The notes under the pieces: model-generated
What the model was told of the DNA's origin: nothing
The model's database searches: none
Seen by the model: only the letters and a program-made list of their open reading frames with translations
Part shown: piece after piece, positions 38,886 to 52,689 of the stretch
How the letters are laid out: each line of letters begins with the position of its first letter
Position numbering within the stretch: position 1 is the stretch's first letter
Origin: Mytilus californianus
Taxonomy: Eukaryota
Direction of reading: 5' to 3'
DNA length: 64,000 nt
Assembly: GCF_021869535.1 (NCBI RefSeq)
Contig: NW_026262593.1
Location: 54,808,001 to 54,872,000, forward strand
Position numbers and translations under genes: made by a program

Positions 38886-41633
38886 TTAAACTTGTGTCTG
38901 TTTCTGGAATTTTTGATAAATCTCGTATTTAGTTTTGTTGTTATCTTATTGTCATATTGACTTTTACCAAATATTTCTTTTAGTTTATATCTTCAATGAT
39001 GTGACGAAAATGGTCAACGTATTTCTTCTCCAAGCAAGCATCATTGATGAGCAAGACGTAAGACGGATCGGTGGTTCGTAGTTTGAATAATGTTTCAGGG
39101 TAGGACTGTGCATATCTTCAACTTGACTGTAACCTTTGAACTAGCACTTTAATAGTCGTGTCAGTCTATTAAAAACAGGGTATATCTGTACCCCATGTAC
39201 ACGTTATCGCCATCATTATGACATAGTTGATACTAGACGTTAAACAATAAATCAATTAACCAGGAAAACAAAACAGTGCAGATTTGGATGCGTTCGATGC
39301 GTATATCAAACTTAATTAAAATTATTATTCTTAAATTTTTGCTCTACATAGTGATCATGTCTAAATACGAATCGAAATAAGCACCAACACGCGAAAAATA
39401 AGAAAAAAAACTATCTTTAACACTTCTGCCTTTATTTGGAAAATAAACGATAAAACTGATTGGAATATTTTCAGGGCATCTGAGCACACTTATAACATGT
39501 ATACTGATATCAATACAATTAACTAAACAAAAAAAGTCTATCCTTGAAGCTGAATTTTCTATTGGAAACTTAAACAAATCAAATCGGTATCGAAAGTTTT
39601 GGGACAACGAACCTCAATGAACCTGACATTTTGATGTATAACAGAAGAGAAAGCAATCGCTTGAAAAGAATTCATGACAAAACCCACGACTGTAATAGCA
39701 AGAAGGGTATGAATTTCTCTGACGTTTATCATGTGCGAAAAGCTAAGTTCCAAGATAAGCAAACACTCTGAAATTAAAACAAATTATTCCAATCAGGTTA
39801 CAGGATTCTGGGATATTTTAAAGGCAAACACAATAGTATTGCCCCTCCACAGATTATGAACCCAAAAAATAAGTCCGAACAATTTACAGAAGAGAAAGAC
39901 ACGAGTGCTGTTTTAAGTAGCTATTTTTATTCTTTCGGTAAGGATTCTCTAATAAAATGTATTATGCCAGATGATGATAATGATTTTCTCTCGAGTATAT
40001 AAAACGACGAATTTTCTTCCGATTCGAATATTTCAGTAAATATAGGTAGACCGCAAATTGGTCTAATTTCAAGGAACCTTAAGTCACGTTAACACATGCT
40101 ATAGGTAAAATCTCTTTGTTCTTACTGTGCTATAATCTGAATAATGCACAGCTAAGATGTGCATTAACTACCTCAGATATACTGTACAGTACAACAGTAC
40201 TCTTACCTTTATGCGCGGTTCCTGGATTTTGAAGGGGTGTAATTATAAAAAAATTTAAAAATATCACCAAGTGTAGCTAGACTAAAAACAGTTTTGACAA
40301 TTTTATGCTAAATCACGATACGGTGTCAAATCCAAGTTTGGACGACCGATTCGCCCCCACCCCTGAATCCGCCATCTGCCTTGAAGTAACGACATAATTG
40401 ATCAAATGACAACTTTGTACAAACATCGTAGTTTCAAAATAGGAAATAGAAAGGTTTCTAATTTCTCAAACTGGGACATAGAATATTTCATTATATTTTG
40501 TGTACAATGTAAATCTTAAATCAGTGTTTTAAAGTCAGAGTAGATAAAGCTATTTTTTATAATTTCTGCCAAAAAAAAAAGAAATGAATTTTAGAGTATC
40601 TAAATAAATGAAATCTGATTTGGATTAGTTTTAGACTCAATGGAATTTATAACCGGAATTAATTAAGACTTTTTAAAAATGTATACCTTTTTAGTGACTA
40701 TTTTGGGGATTGTATTAAAGTTTGTGCCAAACCAGAGGGGATAATCTGCAGATCATCAATCAGACTTCCTTTAGATGCGCCATGTCTTCAAAATATAATA
40801 CAGTAGAAAACAAAATTTTAACCAGAAATGTGTTTTATCTACCATTTAATTGTAATTCTCCAAATAATGTAACAATTTAGGAAGAAGCCCAAATATTAAA
40901 GAAAGTTAATAATTTAAAACTTACCAAATGTTTACTACTTCCCCCTTTCTTTACCCTACAAGAAACTTTCCTAGGAGCCGTGGATTGCGAAATATCATCC
41001 GCATATTTCCAAAACGTTAATGGGCTATAACTCATATGAGCAGTATTCTTACAGTTTTCGCCTGCTGAAATACAAAATATGTATTTGTCGATTTTGTTTT
41101 GATATTCATTTTAGATGTTTGCAGTTTTTATATCTGCTATTGTTACAAAAATGGGAAAACTACGTCATTTAATGACAATAACTCCTGCATGGAAACAGTC
41201 GACAATCATGACAATCTCGGCTATGTTGACTCTTTTATAGATCTTGTCTTACTGATATTTTGCAAAGTTTCTTGAACTTCAAGATTCAAATTATAAGGAG
41301 TCTGGCGACAATGTGTTTAAAAAAAACTCACAAAAGAAAGGAAACAGTGTGACCGTTTTCTCTTTTTGAACTATACATTGTGATTGTTATGAACAGCATA
41401 ATTAAAAGTTGAATTTTACATTGAAAATATCTAGAATAAAACATATAAATAAAATGTTTTAAATTTAACAAGAGTATAGCACCTATAGGTTAATTTACAA
41501 AGGTATTTCACTCGGTGACTATGAAAACATTTCCACTAAAACAAAATATTATTAGAAAAGCAAGTGTTCAGTGATGGACTGCTAAATCTCATATGTAAAA
41601 AGCAATTTATCTGCGGTATTATAAAACAAATCA

Positions 41634-43319
41634 TTATGTAACTTTGTACACGAAGCATTTTCCAGAATAATTACACACAAGAAGTATGTTGGTTTTTTAC
41701 GATTGTAATGTTTTGCTGTAGGTTTTATCAATCCAGCTTCATTTTTCAAGAGGACTCTTGATTCCATCCCTTCTTCTCCTACTACAATCAACTGATTACT
41801 ATCCCTACAAGCTACAAAAATATTTCCAGACGTATCGTTTGTTATACCAGTCGTAAAATCTGATTACTGACAGTCACATTTCCAACAAACTTCTCCATTC
41901 AAATCAGTTGAGTAGACTGCATTACTTCTAGGTGTGGTATAATAAAGTTTGTCATTCAACACGGAATAATGAAGGGAGATATCGGTTGTTGACAACGTTG
42001 ACAAGGTTTTACCAGAAAGATCAAAGAACTGAATGGTTTAGTTGTCAAGACTGACGACCAACTGTTCACCTGTACTAAAAATACCAAAGCAATCGCGTTT
42101 CGTAGGTATAGTTATTTGTACTTCTGATGAGATTACATCAACAATAACAACTTTCTTCTTGGAAACAGTTGTAGCAACTGTGTCTTTATCTATTACAGCA
42201 ACATCATAGCATTGATCGTTAAGTTGTTTGTTTTTGATAAGCTCGCCTCCTTGATTCATGATAACAAGTCTTTTGTTTAACCGTTCGTAATCCGCCAGCA
42301 CAATTCTCCTGTCATCGAACATATCGATACCTGTGATAACAGTTTTGTTGAACTGGTGTCTGGAAAGAGCGAACATTTGTCAATTTAATGTTATTTAAAG
42401 TGTTAGAAATAGGAACGAAAATCTGTCCCTGCTTCTCCTTCTTAAGAAGAACTTTCTTTGAGGACGAAAACTTAACTTCTATCTTTCCTAATTCTGCGAC
42501 GTCTTTCTCGAACTTCATAAGTATCGGTGAACATGTTATGTGAATATCACAATGGTTCATTATCTGGTTGCTTTGTAAGGACATCCAATCTTTTTCTTCT
42601 ATCTCAATTGTTTTATTCCATTCATGTATACCAAGGAAAGCTTAGAAATTCGACGCGTGTTGCTAAGTGTTTTCCAAATCAACACTTATGTTTTCTACTT
42701 TTCTGCGCATTTCTGAGAGCTTTTTAATAAAACACGTAAAACTATCAATATTTCCGTTCTGTTTGTTCTCCATGTTGTCTAATTTGTCCAAAAGATCTTT
42801 TTCTAGTGTTACTAAATGATTATTTATTGCTGCTCGGATATTTTGCACTTCAGAAATGATTTTCTTTTTCTGAACTCCTAAAGATGCTCGATTATTTTGT
42901 TTCTCAGTTATCAGATTGCCAATTAGTGCGCTGATGTCTTTTGTCCTATCTTCTAAATCTGCAAATTCAGCAGACAACTTTACTCCTCCAATAACTTCTG
43001 ATAATGGCTTCAATTTTTGACAGGTGCAATGTTTTTCTGCAATGCAAGACACACAGCATGGCTCGTTGTGAATTACACAATAGAAGTCGAATTTTAAATT
43101 GTGACGCATGCATTTCTGTTTGATTGCAGCAACAGAACTAGGCAGTTTCTGGTAATCTTTTATAGGTATTGTTTTATGGTTCTTTGATAAACCCATGCGG
43201 CCATGTTGTCTTTCGCATTCATTACATATGGCTTTTTCACATTCTGAACACCAAACAGAGGCAGAGTTTGTTATGTTATCTGTCATACATATATCGCATA
43301 TCGGTACGGATGACGCCAT
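41634..43319 (-). pseudogene. TRIM-like copy 2: intact 218-aa N-terminal ORF, disrupted C-terminal half
   Basis: MASSVPICDIC.. to TAG at 42665-63; further stops at ~42642, 42040-38 and ~41866; frameshifts at ~42352 and ~41695; homologous stop after YKVT at 41636-34. Confidence 0.9.
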
Positions 43320-44328
43320 TTGAAACTGAAAAAACAGTTTACTTTTTCATAACTTTTGTTTTTATTACGAAAAACTACATGATAACAAAAATTTCATTCC
43401 AAGAAAATTTACGCTGCGTTTCCGAATCTTGATTTGAAAATTGAAAATGTCCTGATGATCCGGAACTGATTATTTGTTTATTCACAAATACTAGTAGTAT
43501 GATTTGAAGAGAAGCGGTTATCTGTCTTAACTTTAAACTAAAAAGACAAGCACAACGTTTTCGCTCCTTATAGATTGCAGACAACTTTTAAATGACATTG
43601 TAAAAGTAAAACTAGAGCTCTCTTAAGGGCATCTGATACAGTTTCACGTTATATTGTCATTTTTATAATTTTGAAATATGTTGTAGGCCTGGACGAGTTA
43701 TAAAAGAAATCACCAAATAAAACATATAGGTCACCGTGCTTATATTCTAGAAAATTGAGGTTGAAAATTGGGGTATTTTGCACTTTTATAAAAAAGTTAA
43801 GCATAGTTATAAAATTTTTGGAGTAGATATTCTTCGTCATAAATTGATAAGATTGGATTCAATCTGATACTGTGATTAGTAATAATAAGGGAAAAATAAA
43901 TCCCTACAAGAATGACTAGTTAATTATTCAAGCCATGCTTAAAATTACGGATAAGATGCTCAAACTAGGATATTTTTTTACCTTAAAATGTGGAAATGGA
44001 GAGGTTTTTAAATGTCATTTTTCTTATATTCCTACATTAACTGCATTTTTCCATGCTTACTCAAAATAGCAAATAAAAAAAATATGTCACCGTGCTGAAT
44101 TCGAAGATAAATCGCGGTTTATCCTAAGAATTGCGACTCCCCTTTATAACCTCAACGTTAGCGTGAAAAAGCACGACGTCGGTGGCAGACAATTTCGACC
44201 TCTCCCGTCAATTATATCTGCAAGTTTCAGATGTATAAAAATTGCTTATAAAGAGCTACCTATAAATTGGTAATATTGATTTGGGAAATAAAAACATGTG
44301 TATCATAAATACCTCTCTGTGTTTGTTA

Positions 44329-44972
44329 CGGAAGCCGGTTAGTGTCATGGTGGAGTTTTATTTTTAGGTCATTATAACGACTTAGCATATCTAACTCGTT
44401 ATGACAACTTAGCTAACTTGTTTTAACGACTTAGCTAACTCGTTTAAACAATTTAGCTAACTCGTTTTAACGACTTAGTTAACTCGTGAAAACAACTTAG
44501 CTAACTCGTTTAAACTACTTAGCTAACTCGTTATAACGACTTAGCTAATCTACCTCGTAATGACAACTTAGCTAACTCGTTAAAACGACTTAGCTTACTC
44601 GTTTAAACAACTTAACTAACTCGTTAAAACAACTAAGCGAACTCATTATAACGACTGAGCTAACTCGTTATAACAACTTACCTAAGTTAAGTTGTTTAAA
44701 CGAGTTAGCTTGGTCGTTTAAACGAGGTAGCTAATTCGTTATAACAAGTTATCTAAGTTGTTATAACGAGTTAGATAAGGTAAGTTGTTATAACGAGTAA
44801 GCTAAGTCGTTTAAACGCGTTAGTTTAATAGTTTTACAGAGTTAGCTAAGCCGTTAAAACAAGTTAGCTAAGTTATTTAACGAGTTAGATATGCTGAATT
44901 GTTATAACAAGTTAGCTAAGTCGTTATAACGACTTAAAAATAAAACTCCACCAGGACACTAACCGGCTTCCG
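44329..44972. mobile_element. Foldback element: ~45-bp TIRs, inverted arms of 22-bp tandem repeats, TA TSD
   Basis: TA|cggaagccggttagtgtc.tggtggagttttattttta ... taaaaataaaactccacca.gacactaaccggcttccg|TA; roughly 14 units of tttaacgacttagctaactcgt on the left arm and roughly 11 inverted units on the right. Confidence 0.9.
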
Positions 44973-45769
44973 TAGTTTGTGATCCAAGTGAAAAACATCT
45001 CAAGCATAGTTATTGCGGACTGTTGATATTTTTTTAACGGCTTAATTTAAAGACTCGCGGCAATTTAGAACTTGACATGCAGGTACCGTACACACTCGTG
45101 TATTGTTTTAGACCATATGTTGACCTCTAGATGGCTTTTTTGTTTTTTGGTTGGTGGGCTGTTGTTTCATTAACATACCCCTTAAAATCGTGTTATTCAC
45201 ATTTTTATCTCTTTTAAGAATTTCACATTTATTCATAAAATCAAACTGTTATTCGGGTCAATGATTAAAGTTGAAGAAAACTTGAAGGCTCCTACTGTTT
45301 TTAACCAGTTTTTAAATACTAGTATAAAAAAGAAGATGTATTATGATTGCCAATGAAACCAATTGACACAGTTCACTTGTATCAATTTATTTCCATTGGA
45401 TCGCGACACGAAGGTTACTTACATGAAGTCTTTTCCTGCAAACGGAACTTGTCAGAAAACAAAAACAAAAAATCTTATATAGCAGAATCTTCAATTTGTT
45501 AAAGGAGGCTTTTACCAGACAGAGAAACTATACAATAATTTTGATATTTTTCTTAATTTTTGATTTGGGAAAAATGATTGAATTAATATCTGGAAGACTG
45601 GACATGTTACTTTTACATCCACCATAACTTTGGTTTTGATTTGGTCCTTTTTATTCCTCTCACAAATTTCAACATATACCGTCCGAAATTACGATTTTAA
45701 AGCAAGTCACTTCCAATAAAAATATCCCACAACAACGACTGCAGGTCCTTTGTTCAATATTGAAAAAAA

Positions 45770-46850
45770 AACTGTCAACAGAAAGGTAACTAAGAAGCTA
45801 TGTCACGTTATATAGCTCTTACACGTGACAAACTACGATTATATTCCTATAACTGTTATACTGTTTGTTGACACTAAAAAAAAGATTACACTTACTTTAG
45901 TTTTATATTAACGTTATATGTTTGCATTGATAGTTGTTTATTTTTGTTATTTAATGACCTATTGTTTTGATTTTAAGGTTCAGTTGAATTTATTATATGT
46001 GTACGATCAATTTGAATTGCATGCACTTGATGATATACTAAATTGATAAGCTTGACAATAAAACCAGTGTAATACAATAACCTGAAACGATCATGACCTA
46101 CAAAATAGTAATCGACCACAATATGGTATGCCCGTGACAGTAGTGACGTTATAGATTCAAAGGAATGTAATATCTATTAAACTATAAGTCATGGATTTCG
46201 TTATCGAAAACTACTCAAATTTTTAATAAATCAAAGTTACACAGATGTGGTTTTAAAATTTAACTATACTGGTAGAATTATTCTTTAAAACGGCAAATCA
46301 CATCCTAATTTGTACGTTAAAGGTAAAATACGATCTATGTCAACCTCTTGATCTTTTGAACAAACAAATTCTGAGTGACATTCTAATTAAATCTTTGAAT
46401 ATTGATTCTATCGGAGGCATTGATTTTGTTTAAATAAATTAAAAAATAACTAATAATGTATTGCTACACCTTTGCAAAAAAATATTGTCCTACTATATAT
46501 ATAGCTACCTGTCGATGTTTTATACTTATAATTTGGCATTGCAAAAGTTCGTGCATTTTTCAGACTGTGTTTGATGTTTTAATACTTAAGAAGTTAAATT
46601 TTGTTCATTTATTCAATCCAATTTTTTATTTATAAACAAGGTCAGTGAGAAAATAATGATATTTACCGTCAACGTTTGTGATGAATAATGTGTAAAATCC
46701 ATTTTTGTATAAGAAAACCTTGATAACTGACTCTTTCCTTGATTTTTTTGCAATGAAATTGAATATGAAAGTGAGTGGTAGTCATTTAACTTCATTTTGA
46801 AACAAAAACGAATATCACAAATATATATACTATATTATCGGTAAGGTATT
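45770..46850 (+). repeat. Duplicated block S3 (paralogous to 25900-26940); followed by block S4 (47275-47490, paralogous to 28985-29185)
   Basis: Colinear similarity; S4 shares gatagcc.gttatagg.tg..gatc..atgatctcaaa..aataagtc.tgta..acttaatt.caatgaaggaa. Confidence 0.8.
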
Positions 46851-48099
46851 AACTCATAATTATCATTTGTACCCTAATAGCATCATTACATTTACCTTGA
46901 TGGAAACAAGTATATATATTGCAGCACACTTCCGGGTGCGGAATTTTCTTAGTGCGTTGATGATCCAATGGTGGCCTTGGGCTTTTGTCGGGTTGTTTTC
47001 TCATTGACACATTCCAGTTTCTATTCTCTTATGTTTATATGTTTTAGTATTTAGAAGATCATGTTTATTTATAGCAATGGTAAAGATTTACAGATCACAA
47101 GTTTGAACATACGTGTTTTTTAATGTACTGAAGCTGCTATATTAGTCTCAGATACCTGAGGGAGGGTCTCCTTTCTAATAAATTAATCTTTAATTATATT
47201 GCTATGTAATTATCCGTCCTAACACCGGTTATCACAAGGCATAGCCAGTAGGATCTGTAATGTCGATTGTCATTCAAAACAATAATTTATGCCATCATTT
47301 ACAGCAGCTTTTGTCTGTCGAATGTTTTGCTATTGCAATTCAAAGTGTTTTGCTAATGTGATTTTGATCTGTGTTTTCTGTTGTATCTACAGTATCGATA
47401 GCCGGTTATAGGGTGTGGATCAGATAATCTCAAAATAATAAGTCATGTAACACTTAATTCCAATGAAGGAATTCGAATATATCTGAACGTCACTTATTTT
47501 TAAAAACGATAATAGTAATTTGTAATGAAGATATACATGTCGCATTACAGAACGATCCAAATGATGTTTTTCAAATGTTAATCTATATGCTATCTAATAT
47601 ATACACATGACCGTGTCAAATGTTTGCAAAGCGAGGAAGGCGTGCAAGAATAATATGTACAGGTTTGGTAACAACAAGCAGCTTTGTTGTATTATTAAAG
47701 TCTCAAATCACGATTTCGTAAAACTTATCTTCAAACGCCCTTAGGCAAAGTAATGCTTTGGGCCACTTTTGATAATATATTTCTTCACATGTTTGGGTAT
47801 TTATACATCCTTGTCTTTCATTTTTTTTTGGATATGAGCGTTCTTATAAAGGTTAAATTATTCTGTTCGTGGCATTTTGTATGGTTATTTACATTTTCGT
47901 GGAAAAAGGCTATACGCATGGGTTTTACTTTTCAAAAAGTAATCCGTGCATCTTTAGAGTATCTTATCTCAGGAAAAAATATAATGACGATTATTCTTTG
48001 TTTGTATTCCTTATGTAGCATCAACTTTGTTACATTTTCTTTTGTTTAAAATAACGTTCTTCGTCTTAAGATTTTAACCAATTAATAGTTAACTGTATT

Positions 48100-48780
48100 A
48101 GATCCGCATAATAACAGACGCACTTGGGATAAAACTTATGGCGATGATCTTGACCAGCATCTTTGAATTTTCTCTATTGAGTGTTATAGAAACTTATTCA
48201 GTATACTTAAAAGTTTGTATTCAACGCGTAAGAATCAAACTTGAATATTCGATGTTCAGAACAGATTATTGGGTTTATTGCACATTGTCTTTGTTAGATA
48301 TCAGCTTTGAGTCAAAATTAGAAGCTTTTAGTCAAGTGGACATAGCGAACGAGTTCAGAATGGATTCACGCATGTATTGTGTCGAACATCTGGTATTTTA
48401 CAATATCAATATTTGTGTTACGGTTTTCTTTGTGACATCAAAAAGGTGCCATATATATTTGAGATAAGTTGAGGTCAATCTTATCAACGTCAAGTCAAAC
48501 AATATGTAGTCCGTGGACAGTTTGGTCAACGTTTTAAAAGCTGGACTAGCATATTTGACATCATAAAGCCGTGTATGTATGATTTGTAATTTTATTAAGA
48601 GAATATTACATGGAATGTCGAAGATATTGACTGCATGTGATAAATTAAATAGGACCTAAATTCTTAAAACTTTCAGTTTACAATTCAATCATAATCAATT
48701 AAGCAGGTTAGTCATTACAGTATGTTCCCCGTTGTTATTTCAATGAATGTAAACGAAATCAAATGACTGCTGTAATCACA
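48100..48780 (+). repeat. Duplicated block S2 (paralogous to 11380-12050)
   Basis: Colinear similarity, e.g. gaacgagttcagaatggattca and gaatgtcgaagata. Confidence 0.8.
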
Positions 48781-48829
48781 AAATGAAAGTAGTTCCCACC
48801 AAACTGACTTAAGAAAAAAACAATTCGTG

Positions 48830-48950
48830 ATGCATCCTTTTTCGCCGTTGCTGCCGCCGCCATCGCCTCGACCACCACCACCGCCACTGCCGGAAAAACA
48901 TTGCGTATATCTCGCTTTTCGCGACATTCGTCGCAGGCGAGACAAACATT
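48830..48950 (+). mobile_element. Small HINE-like element with (GCC/ACC)n microsatellite and 3' hairpin
   Basis: ttttcgccgttgctgccgccgcc...accaccacc; hairpin tctcgc..cgcgac-attc-gtcgc..gcgaga. Confidence 0.45.
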
Positions 48951-49797
48951 ACCGCAAAAAACCGTAAAAGATCATTTATCAATGGGACATAGTATTGACT
49001 ATCATAATAATCTCAATTTGTAATCTATTACGATTACAATTAAAAGAAAATGTTCAATTCTAAAACTAAAACCATATTAAGAACAGAATATCCCCACTAT
49101 TTCAAAAACCTTATAATACCATATTTGCTCTACAATTTCGATAAGAGTTTGTTTCTTAAAACTTATAGCATGTCTATTTCAAGTTATTTGTGTGCTGTTA
49201 ATGTACGAACAGACCTTGGTATGAGTTTTTTCTCCGTACCTACTTCGAATGTAACAGTATGCAAAGCAAGAAAACACAATACAAATAGCACAAACAAGAA
49301 CACAACATGTAAAAAAAAACAACAACAACAGAAAAAACAAACAACAAAAATTGAAACAAAACTAACAAGAACACTAAAATATTTACATTAAAGTGCAAAC
49401 GTGTATCTAGTTATTAATTGCTGGACACTTGCTTTCCTATTAACGTTTTGTACAAATGGACGTTTGTTCTGCTTTTTGGTCGGATCGTTGTCTTTTTGAC
49501 ACATTCCCCGTATCCATTCTCTCAATCTCTATTCTATACTCTTGTTAAGAATTTAAAACTTTTCTTTTTTTTAAATATGATTTCTTTTATATGAAAAAAA
49601 AAAGAAATTTAATTAGTAAAACTCCAATATTAGTTGCTTTTACTCATCTTTTAATGTGCAAATAGTTCAAACAAAGTAGACAGGCACACTGTTTCGTTTC
49701 TTCCATTAGTTTCTGTTAATATATTTGACGCAAGACTAATCATGATTTGAATCTAGGAGATTACTTTTTGCAAGTTATCAGACTATGCAGACAAAAT

Positions 49798-51472
49798 TTA
49801 GTTTGTAACTTTGCATACAAAGCAATGTCCTAATAAATTGCACACAACGAGTGTGTTGGTTTTACAGTTGTAGTGTATGGCTTTAGGTTTGTTTAGTCCG
49901 TCTTCTTTTGTTAAGAGGACCCTTGATTCCTTCCCCTCGTGTCCTACTACCACTAATCGATTACTATTCATACAAGCCACATAAATATTTCTATACCCAT
50001 CGTTAGCTATACCAGTGGGATAATCTGAATTCTTACAGGAATATTTCCAACGAACTTCTCCATTCAGATCAGAAGAGTAGACAGCACCCCTATTGTATGT
50101 TGAATAATACAATTTATCATTCATCACGGAACAATGAACGGAGATATCGGCTGTTGACATCGTTGACAAGGTTTTACCAGAAAGATCAAAGAACTGAATG
50201 GTTAAGTTGTCAACACTGTCTACAAACTGTTCATTTGTACTAATAATACCGTAGCATTGGTCTTTCGTAGGTATAGTCCTTTGTACTTTTGTTGAGTTTA
50301 CATCAACAATAACAACTTTCTTCGAGAAAACTAATGTTGTAGCAATTGTGTCTTTATCTATTACAGCAACATCATAACATTGATCGTCAAGTGGTACGGT
50401 TTTGATATGCTCACCTTCTTGGTTCATGATAACATGTCTTTTGTTTAACAAATGATCAGCAAGCACGATTCTCCCGTCGTCGAATATATCGATACCTGAT
50501 ATAAGCATGGTTCTATTTGCTCCATCTGATGTCTGGAAAGAACGAATATTTGTTAATCTAATGTTATCTATAGTGTTAGAAGCTGGAACGAACATCTGTC
50601 CCTGTTTTTCCTTAATAAGAAGAATTTTCTTTGAGGACGAAAACTTAACTTCAATCTTCCCTAATTCTGCGACGACTTCTTCATAAGTATCGGTAAAAAT
50701 GTTACGTGAATATCACAATGGTTCATTATCTGGTTGGTTTGTAAAGATATCCAATCTGTTTCTTCTATTTCAATTATTCTATTCCATTCATGTATACCAA
50801 GGAAGGCTTGGAAATTTGAAGCGTGTTGCTTAGTGTTTTCCTAATCAACACTTATGTTTTCTACTTTTCTACGCATTTCTGAGAGCTTTTCAATAAAACT
50901 ATTTATATTTACGTTTTGTTTTTTCTCCATGTTGTCCAACTTATTCAAAAGATCTTTTTCTAGTTTAACTAAATAATTATTTATTGCTGCTCGGATATTT
51001 TGCACTTCAGAAACTATTTTATTTTTCTGAACTCCTAAAGATGCTCGATTATTTTGTTTCTCAGTTATCAGATTCCCAATAAGTACGCTGATGTCTTTTG
51101 TCCTATCTTCTAAATCTGCAAATGCAGCAGATGACTTTAATCCTCCCACTTCTTCTGATAATGGCTTCAATTTTTGACAGGTGCCATGTTTTTCTGCAAT
51201 GCAAGACACACAGCACGGTTCGTTGTGAACTAATAGAAGTCGAATTTTAAATTGTGACGCATGCATTTCTGTTTGATTGCATCAACAGAACTAGGCAGTT
51301 TCTGGTAATCTTTTATAGGTATTGTTTTATGATTTTTTGATAAACCCATGTGGCCATGTTGTCTTTTGCATTCACTGCATATGGCTTCTTCACATTTTGA
51401 ACACCAAACAGAGGCAGATTTTGTTATGTTATCTGTCATACAGATATCGCATATCGGTACTGATGACGCCAT
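49798..51472 (-). pseudogene. TRIM-like copy 3: disrupted N-terminal half, uninterrupted 265-aa propeller ORF (49798-50595)
   Basis: 4-nt deletion at ~51230 (FDFY*), TTG>TAG at 50843-41, ~7-nt deletion at ~50678; frame then open through the ATG at 50595 to KVTN*. Confidence 0.9.
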
Positions 51473-52020
51473 ATAAAACTGAAAAACAAAAGATACTTTA
51501 GTTTACTTTTTCAGAATTTTTGTTTTTATTACGAAAAACCACATAATAAAAAGTTCAGTCCAAGGAAATATACGCTGCGTTCCGAATCTTGATTTGAAAA
51601 TAAAAATTGTCCTTATGATCCGGAATTGATTATTTGTTTATTCACAAATACTAGTAGTATGATTTGAAGAGAAGCGATTATCTTTCTTAACTGTACACTA
51701 ACGTTTACATTCCTTATAGATTGCAGACAACTTTGAAATGACAATGTAAAAATAAAACTAGATACCTCGATACCTGGATCGGTCAGCTGGCAAGAAAATG
51801 CAACATGCGCAATGTTTAATCTTATTTCCAAACATTTGTGGGATGTATTGTTTTATGGTCCTTGTCGCTTATTTTATTAAATAATCTTAACGAGTAGTGG
51901 AATAAACCATTAGTTTCTTTGTTAAAATTACCATTAAAAAAAGATTGCCCCGAAAAAAAAAACAATTTTCTTGGATAAAAAGCTTCATATCTACCGAATG
52001 CAAGGTAAACAGAAATATAT

Positions 52021-52140
52021 AGACAATAATAGTGTATTGACTTGACATATCAATGATATAAGGATGAGGCTTAGAAACGGGGAAATGCGAGGCTCTGCCT
52101 TATATCGTTGTTATGTCAAATCAATACACTATTATTGTCT
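52021..52140. mobile_element. 120-bp hairpin MITE inserted upstream of copy 3
   Basis: Perfect 20-bp TIR agacaataatagtgtattga/tcaatacactattattgtct, pairing continues inward (tgacat/atgtca, gatataagg/ccttatatc). Not seen in the paralogous region upstream of copy 1. Confidence 0.85.
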
Positions 52141-52689
52141 TTATACTGCAATCTAGAAAACATAATTCTCAATTGTTGTTTATTGTGTTATTGTGTTTAT
52201 ATAATTTAAATATTGGGAAAAATTCACCTTAAAAAAGGCCTCATATCTGGCGGAGTAATATTATAATACAATAAAATGTGAGCAATTGAAACCAATCCGA
52301 TGGTGAACGAAATATCAACAATAAGCATAAAACGTAATGATTTACAGGCTTTAAACAAAATATATTAACAAGTGAAATATGATTTTCCCAAAATTGTAAA
52401 AGAAATAAGTTTGAGTCGTTTAACGCTTCGTTGTTTACATTGGAAACAAAGACAGGTTGAAGAGGTCATCATGAATAATTTAATATAGTTCCGGCAGCTA
52501 CTATTTAAATATCCATGAGGAAAAGTGATATCGGGTCAGTAACTGTACATGACATAGAAATATACAGTCAACGCATTTTGCCTGCTCAAATAGAACGAGT
52601 GCAGTATACATCAGAAAACCCGGGCTTTACCTATTGCCCGGCAGAGTTAAATAGGGTGGTCAGAGGGGAGTATGATGTATTTGTGTCAT

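Noticed and set aside
43375-43584. Conserved peptide LQIILLVFVNKQII in ORFs upstream of copies 2 and 3
   Set aside because: Reflects the duplicated upstream block; the ORFs have different starts and are not spliceable in frame to the CDS on visible evidence.
44370-44935. CRISPR-like array
   Set aside because: Units are contiguous with no unique spacers, lie in inverted arms between TIRs, and there are no cas genes; eukaryotic context.
48715-48945. Gly-rich ORF
   Set aside because: Produced by the (GCC/ACC)n microsatellite of a HINE-like element.
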